Virus record (IMG/VR): IMGVR_UViG_3300021091_005330
Span: 1 to 64,000 of that record
Length of the DNA stretch: 64,000 nucleotides
Direction: 5' to 3' (one strand)
Source of the DNA: a virus
Shown: one piece after another, positions 18,761 to 28,526 of the stretch
Numbering within the stretch: position 1 is the first letter of the stretch
How the letters are laid out: every line of letters starts with the position of its first letter
The notes under the pieces: generated by a model
Told to the model about the DNA's origin: nothing
Seen by the model: only the letters and a program-made list of their open reading frames with translations
The model's database searches: none
Translations under genes and position numbers: made by a program

Positions 18761-19192
18761 ATGCCTTTCACAGTTACTATTACCAAAACTACAGCTGGAT
18801 TAGAAAATTCTTATACTGTTCCAGAAAACTATATAGCAGGAGCCAAACAAGCTATAAGTGAAACTATTAGTGGTTCTACAACTAATCAATTAGTGAATTT
18901 TGATTTCGTACCAGCTAGTGGTAAAGTATTGGCATTTTCTACAGATGCTGATTACAATGTAACGGTAAAAGCAAATAGCACATCTTCTCCAATTAATACA
19001 TTTATTATAACATCGACAACTCCAATGTTATTTAATGCTATAACTGGTTCTAATGGATCTATAGCTAGTTGGGGAGAATATGACTCAAATGGAGCCGATT
19101 TAAGTGCAACTATAACTAGTCTCTATGTGACAAATACCGGCACCACAGATGTCACTTTTAATGTAGATTCTTTGTACGACCCAACTCCATAA
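18761..19192 (+). CDS. Small Thr/Ser-rich putative virion (decoration-type) protein
   Basis: Beta-rich, low-charge composition; ITSLYVTNTG motif; GTGTAA upstream. Confidence 0.6.
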   Translation: MPFTVTITKTTAGLENSYTVPENYIAGAKQAISETISGSTTNQLVNFDFVPASGKVLAFSTDADYNVTVKANSTSSPINTFIITSTTPMLFNAITGSNGSIASWGEYDSNGADLSATITSLYVTNTGTTDVTFNVDSLYDPTP

Positions 19193-19193
19193 G

Positions 19194-19430
19194 TCACCTA
19201 TTATTTTCTAATTTTTCTACAATATTTGTTATTGTATTTCTGTGTTCATCTTTTAATATATTACTATATTTATTTAATATAGGTAACACCGCTTGATTTT
19301 TAAAACTTTTAATAAAGTTAAAATTAAAAGGATATTTCATACCTATATTTTGCCATTCAGTTTTAAAACAAAGATACAAATACCCAAGCTCTTCTTCAGT
19401 TAAAGAATCTAACTGAACTTTTGTTATCAT
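19194..19430 (-). CDS. Hypothetical protein
   Basis: TAATG coupling to the upstream gene. Confidence 0.7.
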   Translation of the reverse strand: MITKVQLDSLTEEELGYLYLCFKTEWQNIGMKYPFNFNFIKSFKNQAVLPILNKYSNILKDEHRNTITNIVEKLENNR

Positions 19431-20209
19431 TACGCTTTAATTTTTTTTAATCTTTCTATCAATTCAAATATTTTAGTCTTGGGTATATCATTGATAGAGC
19501 TAATATTGTCTGCATTATCAAATTTTTCTTTAATTAATTTTGATTTTAAATTATCTAAAGTAATTGATTTTTCTTTCATTACCTTTTCTAGAAGAGAGTG
19601 CGGAGAAGTAGGATTATCTACCGTTACTGCTTCTTCTAGTATTTTTGCATCTCCGAGTTCTTCTTGACTTACGATATTAATTTTAAGGAAATTTCTGACA
19701 CATCTTACGAAAGCCCTATTTTCGGCAATTGCAGCTAAAAAGAATCTAGCAAAACTTTTTGTATTTTGTAATGAAGCATCAGCAAGAGCTTCGAAAGTAA
19801 CTATTTTATTTTGGGTTTCATAGTTTGGTACCCACGTTATTTTACAGCTAGTAGCAAAATAATTTTCTGAGGCTGCTACCACCTTATAGGTAACATCAGT
19901 ATATCCTCTTATTTGAGCCAACTCTTTAATTCCGCCCAAAAGAATTAATAAGTCTTTATCTTCTAGCTTTGAGACATCTGTTTCTTGTGTCCTTTGTCTG
20001 TTTGGTACGAGATATTGATGTTTAACCATTCCTCTCCAATTAATAAATCCATCCTCATTGAAATTATATTTTATGCTTTGATCTTCAAGAAGACCGTAGC
20101 CGTTTCTTGTGATAGCTTTGGGCGGACAATTTTTACATGGTTCATTAGTTTCTTCTACGAACTTAATATTGGGTTGAATAATTGTAGTCTGTGTTTCTGT
20201 ATTTTCCAT
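19430..20209 (-). CDS. Rad52/Sak-like single-strand annealing protein (putative)
   Basis: FEALADAS...AIAENRAFVRCVRNFLKINIVSQEEL resembles the AETRA..RA.R..L....EEL signature. Confidence 0.5.
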   Translation of the reverse strand: MENTETQTTIIQPNIKFVEETNEPCKNCPPKAITRNGYGLLEDQSIKYNFNEDGFINWRGMVKHQYLVPNRQRTQETDVSKLEDKDLLILLGGIKELAQIRGYTDVTYKVVAASENYFATSCKITWVPNYETQNKIVTFEALADASLQNTKSFARFFLAAIAENRAFVRCVRNFLKINIVSQEELGDAKILEEAVTVDNPTSPHSLLEKVMKEKSITLDNLKSKLIKEKFDNADNISSINDIPKTKIFELIERLKKIKA

Positions 20210-20215
20210 ATAGAT

Positions 20216-20244
20216 ATATTAATATAATTTTAAGATTTTGTCAA
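20216..20244 (-). promoter_or_regulatory. sigma70-type promoter, leaderless geometry
   Basis: TTGACA-17-TAATAT-6 nt-ATG(20209). Confidence 0.7.
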
Positions 20245-21426
20245 GTCTAGGCCAAATACATAAAATTTATCAGGATTCTCGTTGATAATATTTATATCAT
20301 AATATTCTTGAGTATTGTCGTTTAATGAATCTACTGGTTTATCATCAAAAAATGCTTTTTCGCTTAAAAATACTTTACCTTTACTTAAGATAAAATTATT
20401 ACTTTTATAAAAAATAGATAAGCCTTTACCTTCGATATTTTTTATTTTTTCTTTAATCTTAGGATGATTTAAATTAATTTTTATAATATTTCCATAATCC
20501 ATAAAATGAAGCTTATATTTGTTTAATTCTTCTTCTTTTAAATATGAAAAAAGCTGATATTTTATATTAAGCGATCTTAAAGTTTTAACAAAGTTTAAAT
20601 TAGATTCGTTTTCTATAAAACAATTAACGCCCATAATATTCTCTTTATTATTTTTTAATATCTCTGTGGTTATTGGCTCAGAGCAAGTTATAACGCATTT
20701 CATTATTTGTAATTGTTTCTTTAAAACTTCTTCATCATGAAGTAAATCCATTCTTGAAATTATATGATTTATAGTTTGATTTTGTTTTACCAAATGATCT
20801 GGTACAACATTAAAAATCTTATTATTATAATAATCACCAATAAAAATTGTTTTTAATTTATTTAAATTGTTTTTAATATTTAATTTATTTAATATCTCTA
20901 TAGCAACTGATTCTGGATTAATAAAATTAATAGTCTTAGGATCTTCTTTAGCAGAAAATGTTGGTTTTTTGCCATCCCTATGAGATTCAATTATTGTATA
21001 GTCTTCTTTGTTACTCCAATAAGGATAAAAATTAGAAGAATACAATACGGTAGATACGCAAACAATTTTCTTTTGAAAATAAGAAGCGAAATGAAGACTC
21101 ATTGTATCATTACCAAAATATAATTTTGAATTATTTAAAATGTAAGCCATTTGTCTTTTGGAAGATCCTCTAGCGTCAAAACACCCTTCTAATAGCTTTT
21201 CTTTTGAGCCTCCGATTTGAATAATTCTTATTTTATACTTGTGCAAAAGTGGACTAATTAAATTAATTACCTCTTGAAAATGATCATAGTTTTTTGAATC
21301 CATACCACTTCCAGAATGAATACATATATAATCTTCTTGGAATGGTATTGGATAAAATTCTTCTAAAATATATGGTTTATTTATTTTAGCCCCACAATTA
21401 ACAGCGTATTGTTCTAGAATATGCAT
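20230..21426 (-). CDS. GT9 (heptosyltransferase-like) glycosyltransferase, C-terminal lobe plus extension
   Basis: YICIHSGSG..SKNYDHFQEVI, IIQIGG, FGNDTMSLHFA motifs. Confidence 0.75.
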   Translation of the reverse strand: MHILEQYAVNCGAKINKPYILEEFYPIPFQEDYICIHSGSGMDSKNYDHFQEVINLISPLLHKYKIRIIQIGGSKEKLLEGCFDARGSSKRQMAYILNNSKLYFGNDTMSLHFASYFQKKIVCVSTVLYSSNFYPYWSNKEDYTIIESHRDGKKPTFSAKEDPKTINFINPESVAIEILNKLNIKNNLNKLKTIFIGDYYNNKIFNVVPDHLVKQNQTINHIISRMDLLHDEEVLKKQLQIMKCVITCSEPITTEILKNNKENIMGVNCFIENESNLNFVKTLRSLNIKYQLFSYLKEEELNKYKLHFMDYGNIIKINLNHPKIKEKIKNIEGKGLSIFYKSNNFILSKGKVFLSEKAFFDDKPVDSLNDNTQEYYDINIINENPDKFYVFGLDLTKS

Positions 21427-21429
21427 ATA

Positions 21430-21807
21430 TCAATTATATTTTTCGTAGCTTTTTTGTTCCATTATATTTGATTTGTAGTAATTATTAATTTGATTTTTTA
21501 TGTCAAACCTTTGATCATTAGTAATATATACTGCTCTCGCTAATTCTATAAACTCAGAATCAAATTCTTTTTTTCTTTCCTTATCTCTTATATCGTCTTC
21601 TATTTTCCAAAGCTTTAAATTAATTTCTTTAATTTTTAAAACCCAATTTATATAAGAATATAATCTATCGGCTTCTTTTGTAAGCGACTCTTTTTCTTTG
21701 TTTATACATAATAATTTAATTGGATCTTTAATTTTTTCCGCTTTTATTTCTAAAATAGAAATTTTATCTATTAATTCTCCAGCAGAAATTTCGCAAAATA
21801 GATTCAT
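21430..21807 (-). CDS. DUF6165-like protein
   Basis: EISAGELIDKISILEIK ... LWKIEDDIR ... FIELARAVYITNDQR. Confidence 0.75.
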   Translation of the reverse strand: MNLFCEISAGELIDKISILEIKAEKIKDPIKLLCINKEKESLTKEADRLYSYINWVLKIKEINLKLWKIEDDIRDKERKKEFDSEFIELARAVYITNDQRFDIKNQINNYYKSNIMEQKSYEKYN

Positions 21808-21808
21808 A

Positions 21809-23725
21809 TTAAAAGTCTTTTATATCAAAAGCTAACTTGTCTTTTCCATTATGCAGATAATTAAGTATTCTTTGAGTTCCTATATATGGAAGGAATGTAA
21901 TTTCAAAATGTCCATTGTGATTACCAACTCCTTCTGACCATAATAAATTATCCATAATTGGATTATACTCTATTGTTTTATAAACATATGGATTTCCATC
22001 TAAAATTTCCATATATTGTTTTTGCGTAGCAAAATATATATTATATTCTGGATATGTATTTTTAATAGAAGGAAGTAGCGATGTGCACCAAAAAACATCT
22101 CCCGCGCTTTGTGGCATTACGAATAATAGCCTTTTACCTTCATCATCTTTAGATAGAATAGTCGAGAAATCATCCTTTTGAAATTGTCCATTTTCTTTAG
22201 CGGCAATTTCTCTAAAATATTGTTCTATAGTGCTTCTTTTTACGCCTTTTTTAATTTCATTAGCCCAATATTTATATCCATCATCATGTTCGTCAACCTC
22301 TTTCATTTTTAAAATATTATGGTAAATATAAATAAGCCATTCTTTATCATCTTTAATTTCTGGTATAACATGGAGCGGATCTCTTTTTTCTTCTTCTAGG
22401 GAAAAATCATAATTGGTAAAAGGCGCATCATCAATAAATTTAGATATTTTCTGGCCTATTGTTTCTATAGAATAATTTTTAATAGTCCATTCTCTAGACT
22501 TTGAACCAATTTCTCTTCTTTTTTCTAAAGACATATTATAGACTTTATTTATTTGCTTGGCTATTGAAGTAGGTTTTGTTGAAGCTTTTCTAAATTCTGT
22601 TCCATGCTCTCTATATTCTGACCATTCCAAAGGAAAACTACCGGATCCTTCTTCGCAAAGCTCTTCTCCACAAGAATAATTAGTGACTAATGTTATTAGT
22701 TCTGTTAACTTAGCTTCTTGTATAGGTATTTCTTGACCTCCACTTGTAAAGGGATGGCAGTAAACATCCATTAAATTATAAATCTGATTCAATTGCTCTT
22801 CTGTAACACCTAGTCCTACATTTGTCGTAATTTGAGACTTTTCTGTTTTGCAAAATCTACAATTTAAATCTTGTCCTTGGAATGGTTTAATTTCATATTC
22901 TCCACAGTTTTTACATATATATGTTGTTAGAATTTCTTTTGGATCTATATTATATTCTTGTGCTAATTTATGTATATTCCAACCTTCTGACCAGTGAGTA
23001 TGCAAAAGCAAAAATGTATTCTTAATTTGTGGATTTGATCTTTTCCATAAAGCATATCCTTCTAACAAATTGGGCACGCTTTTTCTTAATTGATTTCTAA
23101 AAACAAAACCTATAATAAATGAATCTAACGGTATGTTGTACAATTTTCTTAGATTTTCTTTTTCGGAATTAGATAATTTATAAAAACTTTTTGTTTCTAA
23201 TGGTCCGTGCATAGTTTGCGCGTGGGTATGCCCCATGTCGTGCAAAGCTTTTGTGGCAAAATCACTCCAAATCCAATAATTTTTCGTTTTCTTCGCAGCG
23301 TTTATGGCTGTTGGTAGTATAGGAAGAGAATCTAAGGTCGTCCAAAGAACAGAAGTAATTTTATTAAACCATTTTTTTTGTATTGCGAAATCTATGCCCC
23401 AAATGTCTTGGACAGCTATATAAACATCTGGTTTTTCTTCTTTTATAACTTTATCTAAATAATAGGCTCCATAACTAGCCATTCTAGCCATATTCGGATC
23501 TTTTTGTATTTCCTCAAACTCTTTAGAATTAGATGGTAATGTTCCAACAGTCTTCCAAGGAGTCCTAGAAAAATCTGGATGATTACATGGTAGTCCACAT
23601 GAATAGTGTACTATATCATATTTTTCTGTAGAATAAAGATATGATAATAGAGCTTTTGAAGCTCTTCCGAATCCTGTTTTAGCTAAACTAAAATCGGATT
23701 GATATAATAACTTTTTCTTTTTCAT
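21809..23725 (-). CDS. GT4 glycosyltransferase with Zn-ribbon insert, DUF4214-like segment and C-terminal GT9 N-lobe
   Basis: TGFGR, FRNQLRKS, GGQEIPIQEA (GT4); CKNC/CRFC; DGYKYWANEIKKG; SAGDVFWCTSLLPSIKNTYP. Confidence 0.8.
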   Translation of the reverse strand: MKKKKLLYQSDFSLAKTGFGRASKALLSYLYSTEKYDIVHYSCGLPCNHPDFSRTPWKTVGTLPSNSKEFEEIQKDPNMARMASYGAYYLDKVIKEEKPDVYIAVQDIWGIDFAIQKKWFNKITSVLWTTLDSLPILPTAINAAKKTKNYWIWSDFATKALHDMGHTHAQTMHGPLETKSFYKLSNSEKENLRKLYNIPLDSFIIGFVFRNQLRKSVPNLLEGYALWKRSNPQIKNTFLLLHTHWSEGWNIHKLAQEYNIDPKEILTTYICKNCGEYEIKPFQGQDLNCRFCKTEKSQITTNVGLGVTEEQLNQIYNLMDVYCHPFTSGGQEIPIQEAKLTELITLVTNYSCGEELCEEGSGSFPLEWSEYREHGTEFRKASTKPTSIAKQINKVYNMSLEKRREIGSKSREWTIKNYSIETIGQKISKFIDDAPFTNYDFSLEEEKRDPLHVIPEIKDDKEWLIYIYHNILKMKEVDEHDDGYKYWANEIKKGVKRSTIEQYFREIAAKENGQFQKDDFSTILSKDDEGKRLLFVMPQSAGDVFWCTSLLPSIKNTYPEYNIYFATQKQYMEILDGNPYVYKTIEYNPIMDNLLWSEGVGNHNGHFEITFLPYIGTQRILNYLHNGKDKLAFDIKDF

Positions 23726-23728
23726 TAA

Positions 23729-24277
23729 TCACCAAAGATCACTATCTTCAGACTCTTCAATTTTTTCTGTAGATTTATTTTGATCTTTAGGATTATTTTT
23801 TAGTTTTTTAATTGTTTCAATTCTTTGAGATTCAAATATACAGTTTAAAGCATATTGCAAGAACTCTTTGAGAAGTCTAGCCTCATTAAAATAAAATCCT
23901 ATTAAATAAGATTGCTTGTTTTCACTATTTTGTTTATCGGTTTTATTCACAATATAAGAATATCCAACCTGTTTCTCATCCCTTATGTAAGGGCTTAGTT
24001 TAATTTGAGTAGATTGTTTTTCTGAAGTGTGATACGCAGAAAATTCAGTATTTCTTTCAAGAGCGTCAAGTAGTCCAGCGGCTTCTGTAAGAGCAAATTT
24101 AATTTTTACACTTTTGTTTGGATTATTTTGATTTTCGGAAAATGATCCTATTTTTTTAGAATCATTCCAGGAGCTCTGTTTAATCAATGAACTCCATATA
24201 GATTCGTCTTTTGGGTTAACTGAAAAACTACAGGCTGTCCCTGTATTCTTGCTATTTGGTTTATAAAATGATATCAT
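23729..24277 (-). CDS. Hypothetical protein (possible ssDNA-binding, Whirly/PC4-like)
   Basis: Replication-cluster position, acidic C-terminal tail (EESEDSDLW); fold assignment tentative. Confidence 0.4.
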   Translation of the reverse strand: MISFYKPNSKNTGTACSFSVNPKDESIWSSLIKQSSWNDSKKIGSFSENQNNPNKSVKIKFALTEAAGLLDALERNTEFSAYHTSEKQSTQIKLSPYIRDEKQVGYSYIVNKTDKQNSENKQSYLIGFYFNEARLLKEFLQYALNCIFESQRIETIKKLKNNPKDQNKSTEKIEESEDSDLW

Positions 24278-24283
24278 AATAAT

Positions 24284-24313
24284 ATAGTATCCTATATATA
24301 AATATTTGTCAAG
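24284..24313 (-). promoter_or_regulatory. sigma70-type promoter, leaderless geometry
   Basis: TTGACA-18-TACTAT-6 nt-ATG(24277). Confidence 0.65.
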
Positions 24314-24316
24314 TTT

Positions 24317-26890
24317 TTATTTAATTTTAAGTTCACTCAATTTCATATATATTTTTTGATCTTGAATGGCTATAACCTCTCCAAATACAGCATTATCTTT
24401 TTTAGTACCTTTAACAACTACTATATTTTTTTCTTGATAATTTTTATTGTTATTAAGAGATTTGTTAGTTTCTATAAAATCATTAAATAAAAGAGTATCT
24501 ATAGTATTAGTTTCGTCCGTAATTGTTACTCTACAAAATTTAGTTTTTCTTTCGTTTTGGGCTATGCCAGTATAAACATCTACTATTTCTCCTACAAAGA
24601 ATAATCTTGTCCCAATAGGGGCATTTAATACTTCGGTAATAGAAAGCAAGTCTTGCCTTTTATCGGCAAAAATATCTCTCAATGTTTTTTCATAGGTATA
24701 TCCAAGAAGCCTTCTTTCGTAATACCAATTAGCAAAACTTTCGCTTTTGCTGTTTTGATTATAAATATCCAAATAAGGCTCATACCTTTTTTTAATGGTT
24801 TCGAGTCTGGTAGTTTTAATTATTACTTTACCTTTTTCATCCGTGAATGTATTAAGATGTTTTATAATTTTAATTAAATCATAATCAAATTTTTCTCCAA
24901 AAGATATAGAAAATTTCTTCTCTTTAACATTTAAAATATTCCATAATTGGGCCTCTAATACAATTTTACTTCTAGATTGCTTGAACCCAGTTAAAGCCCC
25001 TGCCTGTATCAATGAGCATAGTACTCCAATATTTAAATCTGCTTCTTCTGCGGCTTGGAATATTTCAAATTTATTAGAGTACTTATTTCTAAAACTATTT
25101 AATTTTTCTATTGATTTATCTGATATACCTTTAACAGAAAGTAATCCAAATCTAATATCTTCATTTTCAATTGAAAAATCCATATCAGATTTAATAATAT
25201 GAGGTCTAAGAAGTTTTATTCCAAAGGATCCCATTTCTTTTTGAATTTTAGATATTTCACCAATAGGATCAGGTTCGTGTCTAGTCATTTTTAACAAAGA
25301 TAAAAAGAATTGTTTTGGATAGTTAAATTTCAAATATATTGTACATGCTGCTAAAGCCGCATAAGCAATAGAATGAGATTTATTAAAAGAGTAATTCGCA
25401 GAATCTTCTAAAATTTTCCATAAAATATCACCTACTTCTTTTGGTACTTTATTATTTTTACATTTTTCTTTAATCTTATTTTTCCACTCTTTAATTTCTT
25501 CTACCTTTTTCTTACCCACAATTCTTCTTAGAATTTCTGCTTCATCTAGAGTAAATCCAATTTTATTAGCCATTTGCATTAATTGTTCTTGATATAATGC
25601 TACTCCGCCAGTCTGTTTTAAAATATCATCGAAGAACGGATGTATTCCTTCGTATTCCTTTGTGTTTGTATATCTAGCGTATGTATCAGCGAAATCTAAA
25701 GCTCCAGGTCTAGCCAAAGCTAACACAGCGCTAAGTTCTTCTAAATTTTTAGGTTTGACTTTTTGACACACTCTAAAGTTTGTATCCGCTTCGATTTGAA
25801 ATAGTCCATGTGGGGTTTGAAGATCTTGCAGAGATCTATAAATAGATGGATCATTTAAGTCTATTTCCGTTATTTTTATGCCTATTTGTTTGCAAACGTC
25901 ATCTACTACGGAAACGCTTCTTAATCCGAGAATATCTAACTTGATATTAAACAAAGAGACCCAATTCATATCAAAAGATGACACCGGTTCTTTATCGCTA
26001 GAAAACTCTGTTGGACAAGATTCTTCTAGTTTATTATAAGATAACAATACTCCAGAAGGATGAACTCCTTTATTCTTAATAAGATTTCTAAGTTTTAAAG
26101 CGATTTCATAAGTTTCTTTATTTTCATCACACCATTTTCTGAATTTAGAAACTTCTTCATAAGCCTCTTTGATGTCTTTAACTTGACCGAAAATTTTTGG
26201 AACCATTCCAGATACCAGGGTCATTTCTTGATCAGATTTTTCTCCGATTATTTTTCCACATTCTTTAATTAAAAGTCTTCCGCTCAAACTGTTTAAGGTT
26301 AAAATTTTGCTAGTCTTGCCTTTAAATTTTTCTTCTAAATGTTGAAGTACTTTTTGTCTATTGTAGTAACATATATCTAAATCAACATCACACATCAACG
26401 TGCCGTCTAGATACATTACCCCGTTTACTTCTTGTTTTTTTGCTCTAATCTTAGATATAAATCTTTCAAAATAAAGGTTGTATTTCAAACTGTCTATTTG
26501 CGTGACTCCTATTAAAAATAAAATTAATGATCCTGCGGCAGATCCTCTTCCTAAGCCGACCGGAATATTGTTTTCTTTACAATAATTAATAACATACCAA
26601 ACGAGTAAGATATAATCTATAAATCCTAATTCTTTAATTGTATCTAATTCGTATTTAATTCTATTAATATAATTATGATATTCCTCAGAATCCTTTTTAA
26701 GATTCAAGCTTTTTAGCCCTTTTAAGGTTAAAGCTCTAAGAAAATCATAATTCGACGAGTCTTCGCTAATGCCTACTTCGTGTTTATATTTATCATCTAT
26801 AATAAATTCTGGTAGCCTTACCCCATGAAGCGGAAGATCTATGTTAGAAAAATTGGATTCGAACTTTTTTAAATCAACTAAATTCACCAT
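24317..26890 (-). CDS. dnaE: DNA polymerase III alpha subunit, catalytic part (no N-terminal PHP)
   Basis: GRGSAAGSL, DVDLD, HPSGV, KLDILGL, FNKSHS, C-terminal OB fold. Confidence 0.95.
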   Translation of the reverse strand: MVNLVDLKKFESNFSNIDLPLHGVRLPEFIIDDKYKHEVGISEDSSNYDFLRALTLKGLKSLNLKKDSEEYHNYINRIKYELDTIKELGFIDYILLVWYVINYCKENNIPVGLGRGSAAGSLILFLIGVTQIDSLKYNLYFERFISKIRAKKQEVNGVMYLDGTLMCDVDLDICYYNRQKVLQHLEEKFKGKTSKILTLNSLSGRLLIKECGKIIGEKSDQEMTLVSGMVPKIFGQVKDIKEAYEEVSKFRKWCDENKETYEIALKLRNLIKNKGVHPSGVLLSYNKLEESCPTEFSSDKEPVSSFDMNWVSLFNIKLDILGLRSVSVVDDVCKQIGIKITEIDLNDPSIYRSLQDLQTPHGLFQIEADTNFRVCQKVKPKNLEELSAVLALARPGALDFADTYARYTNTKEYEGIHPFFDDILKQTGGVALYQEQLMQMANKIGFTLDEAEILRRIVGKKKVEEIKEWKNKIKEKCKNNKVPKEVGDILWKILEDSANYSFNKSHSIAYAALAACTIYLKFNYPKQFFLSLLKMTRHEPDPIGEISKIQKEMGSFGIKLLRPHIIKSDMDFSIENEDIRFGLLSVKGISDKSIEKLNSFRNKYSNKFEIFQAAEEADLNIGVLCSLIQAGALTGFKQSRSKIVLEAQLWNILNVKEKKFSISFGEKFDYDLIKIIKHLNTFTDEKGKVIIKTTRLETIKKRYEPYLDIYNQNSKSESFANWYYERRLLGYTYEKTLRDIFADKRQDLLSITEVLNAPIGTRLFFVGEIVDVYTGIAQNERKTKFCRVTITDETNTIDTLLFNDFIETNKSLNNNKNYQEKNIVVVKGTKKDNAVFGEVIAIQDQKIYMKLSELKIK

Positions 26891-27089
26891 CGTTTTTCCT
26901 TTTATCTATTTCTTCGCTAAAAATTTTTAAACCTTTAGTTAAAATTCTTAGAGAATCGTCATTTTTAAGATTATAAAAAACATCTGCCTTGCCTTGTTTT
27001 TTTCCTTTTTGGATAGCTATCAATAGATATTCTGCTCCAGCTTTATCAAGAATATCGATAGAATCATATATGTCGTCCAAAGAGGCCAT
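26874..27089 (-). CDS. Hypothetical protein
   Basis: 71-aa ORF tightly packed between the exonuclease and dnaE. Confidence 0.7.
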   Translation of the reverse strand: MASLDDIYDSIDILDKAGAEYLLIAIQKGKKQGKADVFYNLKNDDSLRILTKGLKIFSEEIDKRKNDGEFS

Positions 27090-27090
27090 A

Positions 27091-27729
27091 TCAGAGATCC
27101 ACCTGCCATTTTAATTTATTCCATATTTTTAAATTTAATTCGAGGTCATTCAAAGCGTCGTGTAGTCTTTCGTAATCGTGATCTATTGCGTTCTCTTTAC
27201 CTAGTGTGATTAAAGAGCTTTTTACATCTTTTCTTCTTGTGTGATATATTTTGTATTGATATTCTAGAAAATTCTCTGATCTTTTATATGGAAGATTGTA
27301 TTTTATGCCTCTAGCTACGCAGTTTGTATCTATGAGTTTATTTACAAGATGATCCCAATGACATCCCATTTTTTTGTAAAGTTCTTTAATTAAGTAAATA
27401 TCAAATCCTAATATATTGTGACCGATGATATAATCTGAATGATCTAGCCAATCTTTAATAGTAGGGAAAACTTCTTCTGGTTTCATTCCTAGTTTTTTTA
27501 CTTTATTATGATCGTATCTAGTTATTCTTGCTGCATCATCACTTATTTTTAAGTCAGTATCCCAATTAACATAATAGTTTTTGCTATCAGTTTTAAAATC
27601 TCCTTTTACTTTAATCATACCAATTTGCCAAGGTAAATTGTGACAAAAATTTAAACATAAATTAAATGTCTCACAGTCAATAAAAACATAATTTTTATTT
27701 TTATCGTATCTTAAAAGATGCTCGTCCAT
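27091..27729 (-). CDS. DEDDh 3'-5' exonuclease (DnaQ/epsilon-like)
   Basis: IDCET, GHNILGFD, HDALND motifs. Confidence 0.9.
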   Translation of the reverse strand: MDEHLLRYDKNKNYVFIDCETFNLCLNFCHNLPWQIGMIKVKGDFKTDSKNYYVNWDTDLKISDDAARITRYDHNKVKKLGMKPEEVFPTIKDWLDHSDYIIGHNILGFDIYLIKELYKKMGCHWDHLVNKLIDTNCVARGIKYNLPYKRSENFLEYQYKIYHTRRKDVKSSLITLGKENAIDHDYERLHDALNDLELNLKIWNKLKWQVDL

Positions 27730-27730
27730 T

Positions 27731-28492
27731 TTAGCCTCTTTCTTTCTCTTTCCAACTTTCGAAAGAAAAGTCGTTACTAGTCATATGTTCAATTTCTGGT
27801 TTATTTAAATTAGTTCTTGCATTGATGCATCTAAAAGTCAAGTAAGCTTTAAAATCTGTTTTTAGTTTATAATAAATACTTTTTACATTAATAATTTGAT
27901 TTTTATTTTTCGAACAATAATCTATTACTTTTGATTTTATTAAGTTATCGAATGGAATATTATTATTTTCAATAAAAAATATAGGGGAGCAGAAGTCTAT
28001 CTGTGGGGTACAAAGAGTATTTTTTAATACATTATTAAATATGAATGAATCGTAAAAGGGGACAGAGAGTAATAAATCATTATTATCCCATATAGATTTT
28101 AACGTTTTAAAATCTGTTCTTGGTTCATAATAGAAACCATTTTTTGCTGCTATACTAAATATTTTAATAAGTCTTTTGTAGCCTTCATTATTTTTAAAAA
28201 AAATTACGAACTTAGAATTTTTTACTCTACTCTCTTCGCTTTTGTCCTCTAGATTATCTGTTACAGTTAATCTTAACCCGTATCTTAAATTAATATTATT
28301 TTTCTTGCAATTTGTATAGGCTTGTAAAAAGGATGTCATATTATCTTCTACTAGATAAAGATTCTTTAAATTATTTTCTTTTATAATATTAATAATTGAA
28401 TTGGGATAAAATTCTTCTTGGGCCTCATCTTCAAGAGTCAATATAGATCTACCTATGCTATAGTGAGATTTAAATAAAGGTAATGCATCCAT
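27731..28492 (-). CDS. Stand-alone PHP domain of DNA polymerase III alpha (metal ligands degenerate)
   Basis: FKSHYSIGRS, YGLRL, FFKNNEGYKRLIKIFS..GFYYEPR match the DnaE N-terminus. Confidence 0.85.
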   Translation of the reverse strand: MDALPLFKSHYSIGRSILTLEDEAQEEFYPNSIINIIKENNLKNLYLVEDNMTSFLQAYTNCKKNNINLRYGLRLTVTDNLEDKSEESRVKNSKFVIFFKNNEGYKRLIKIFSIAAKNGFYYEPRTDFKTLKSIWDNNDLLLSVPFYDSFIFNNVLKNTLCTPQIDFCSPIFFIENNNIPFDNLIKSKVIDYCSKNKNQIINVKSIYYKLKTDFKAYLTFRCINARTNLNKPEIEHMTSNDFSFESWKEKERG

Positions 28493-28498
28493 AAGCTA

Positions 28499-28526
28499 AT
28501 TATATTTATAATATTTATCTTGTCAA
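28499..28526 (-). promoter_or_regulatory. sigma70-type promoter, leaderless geometry
   Basis: TTGACA-16-TATAAT-6 nt-ATG(28492). Confidence 0.75.

Noticed and set aside
1-19192. Diversity-generating retroelement acting on fibre tips
   Set aside because: No reverse transcriptase and no TR/VR pair differing at adenines was seen in this window
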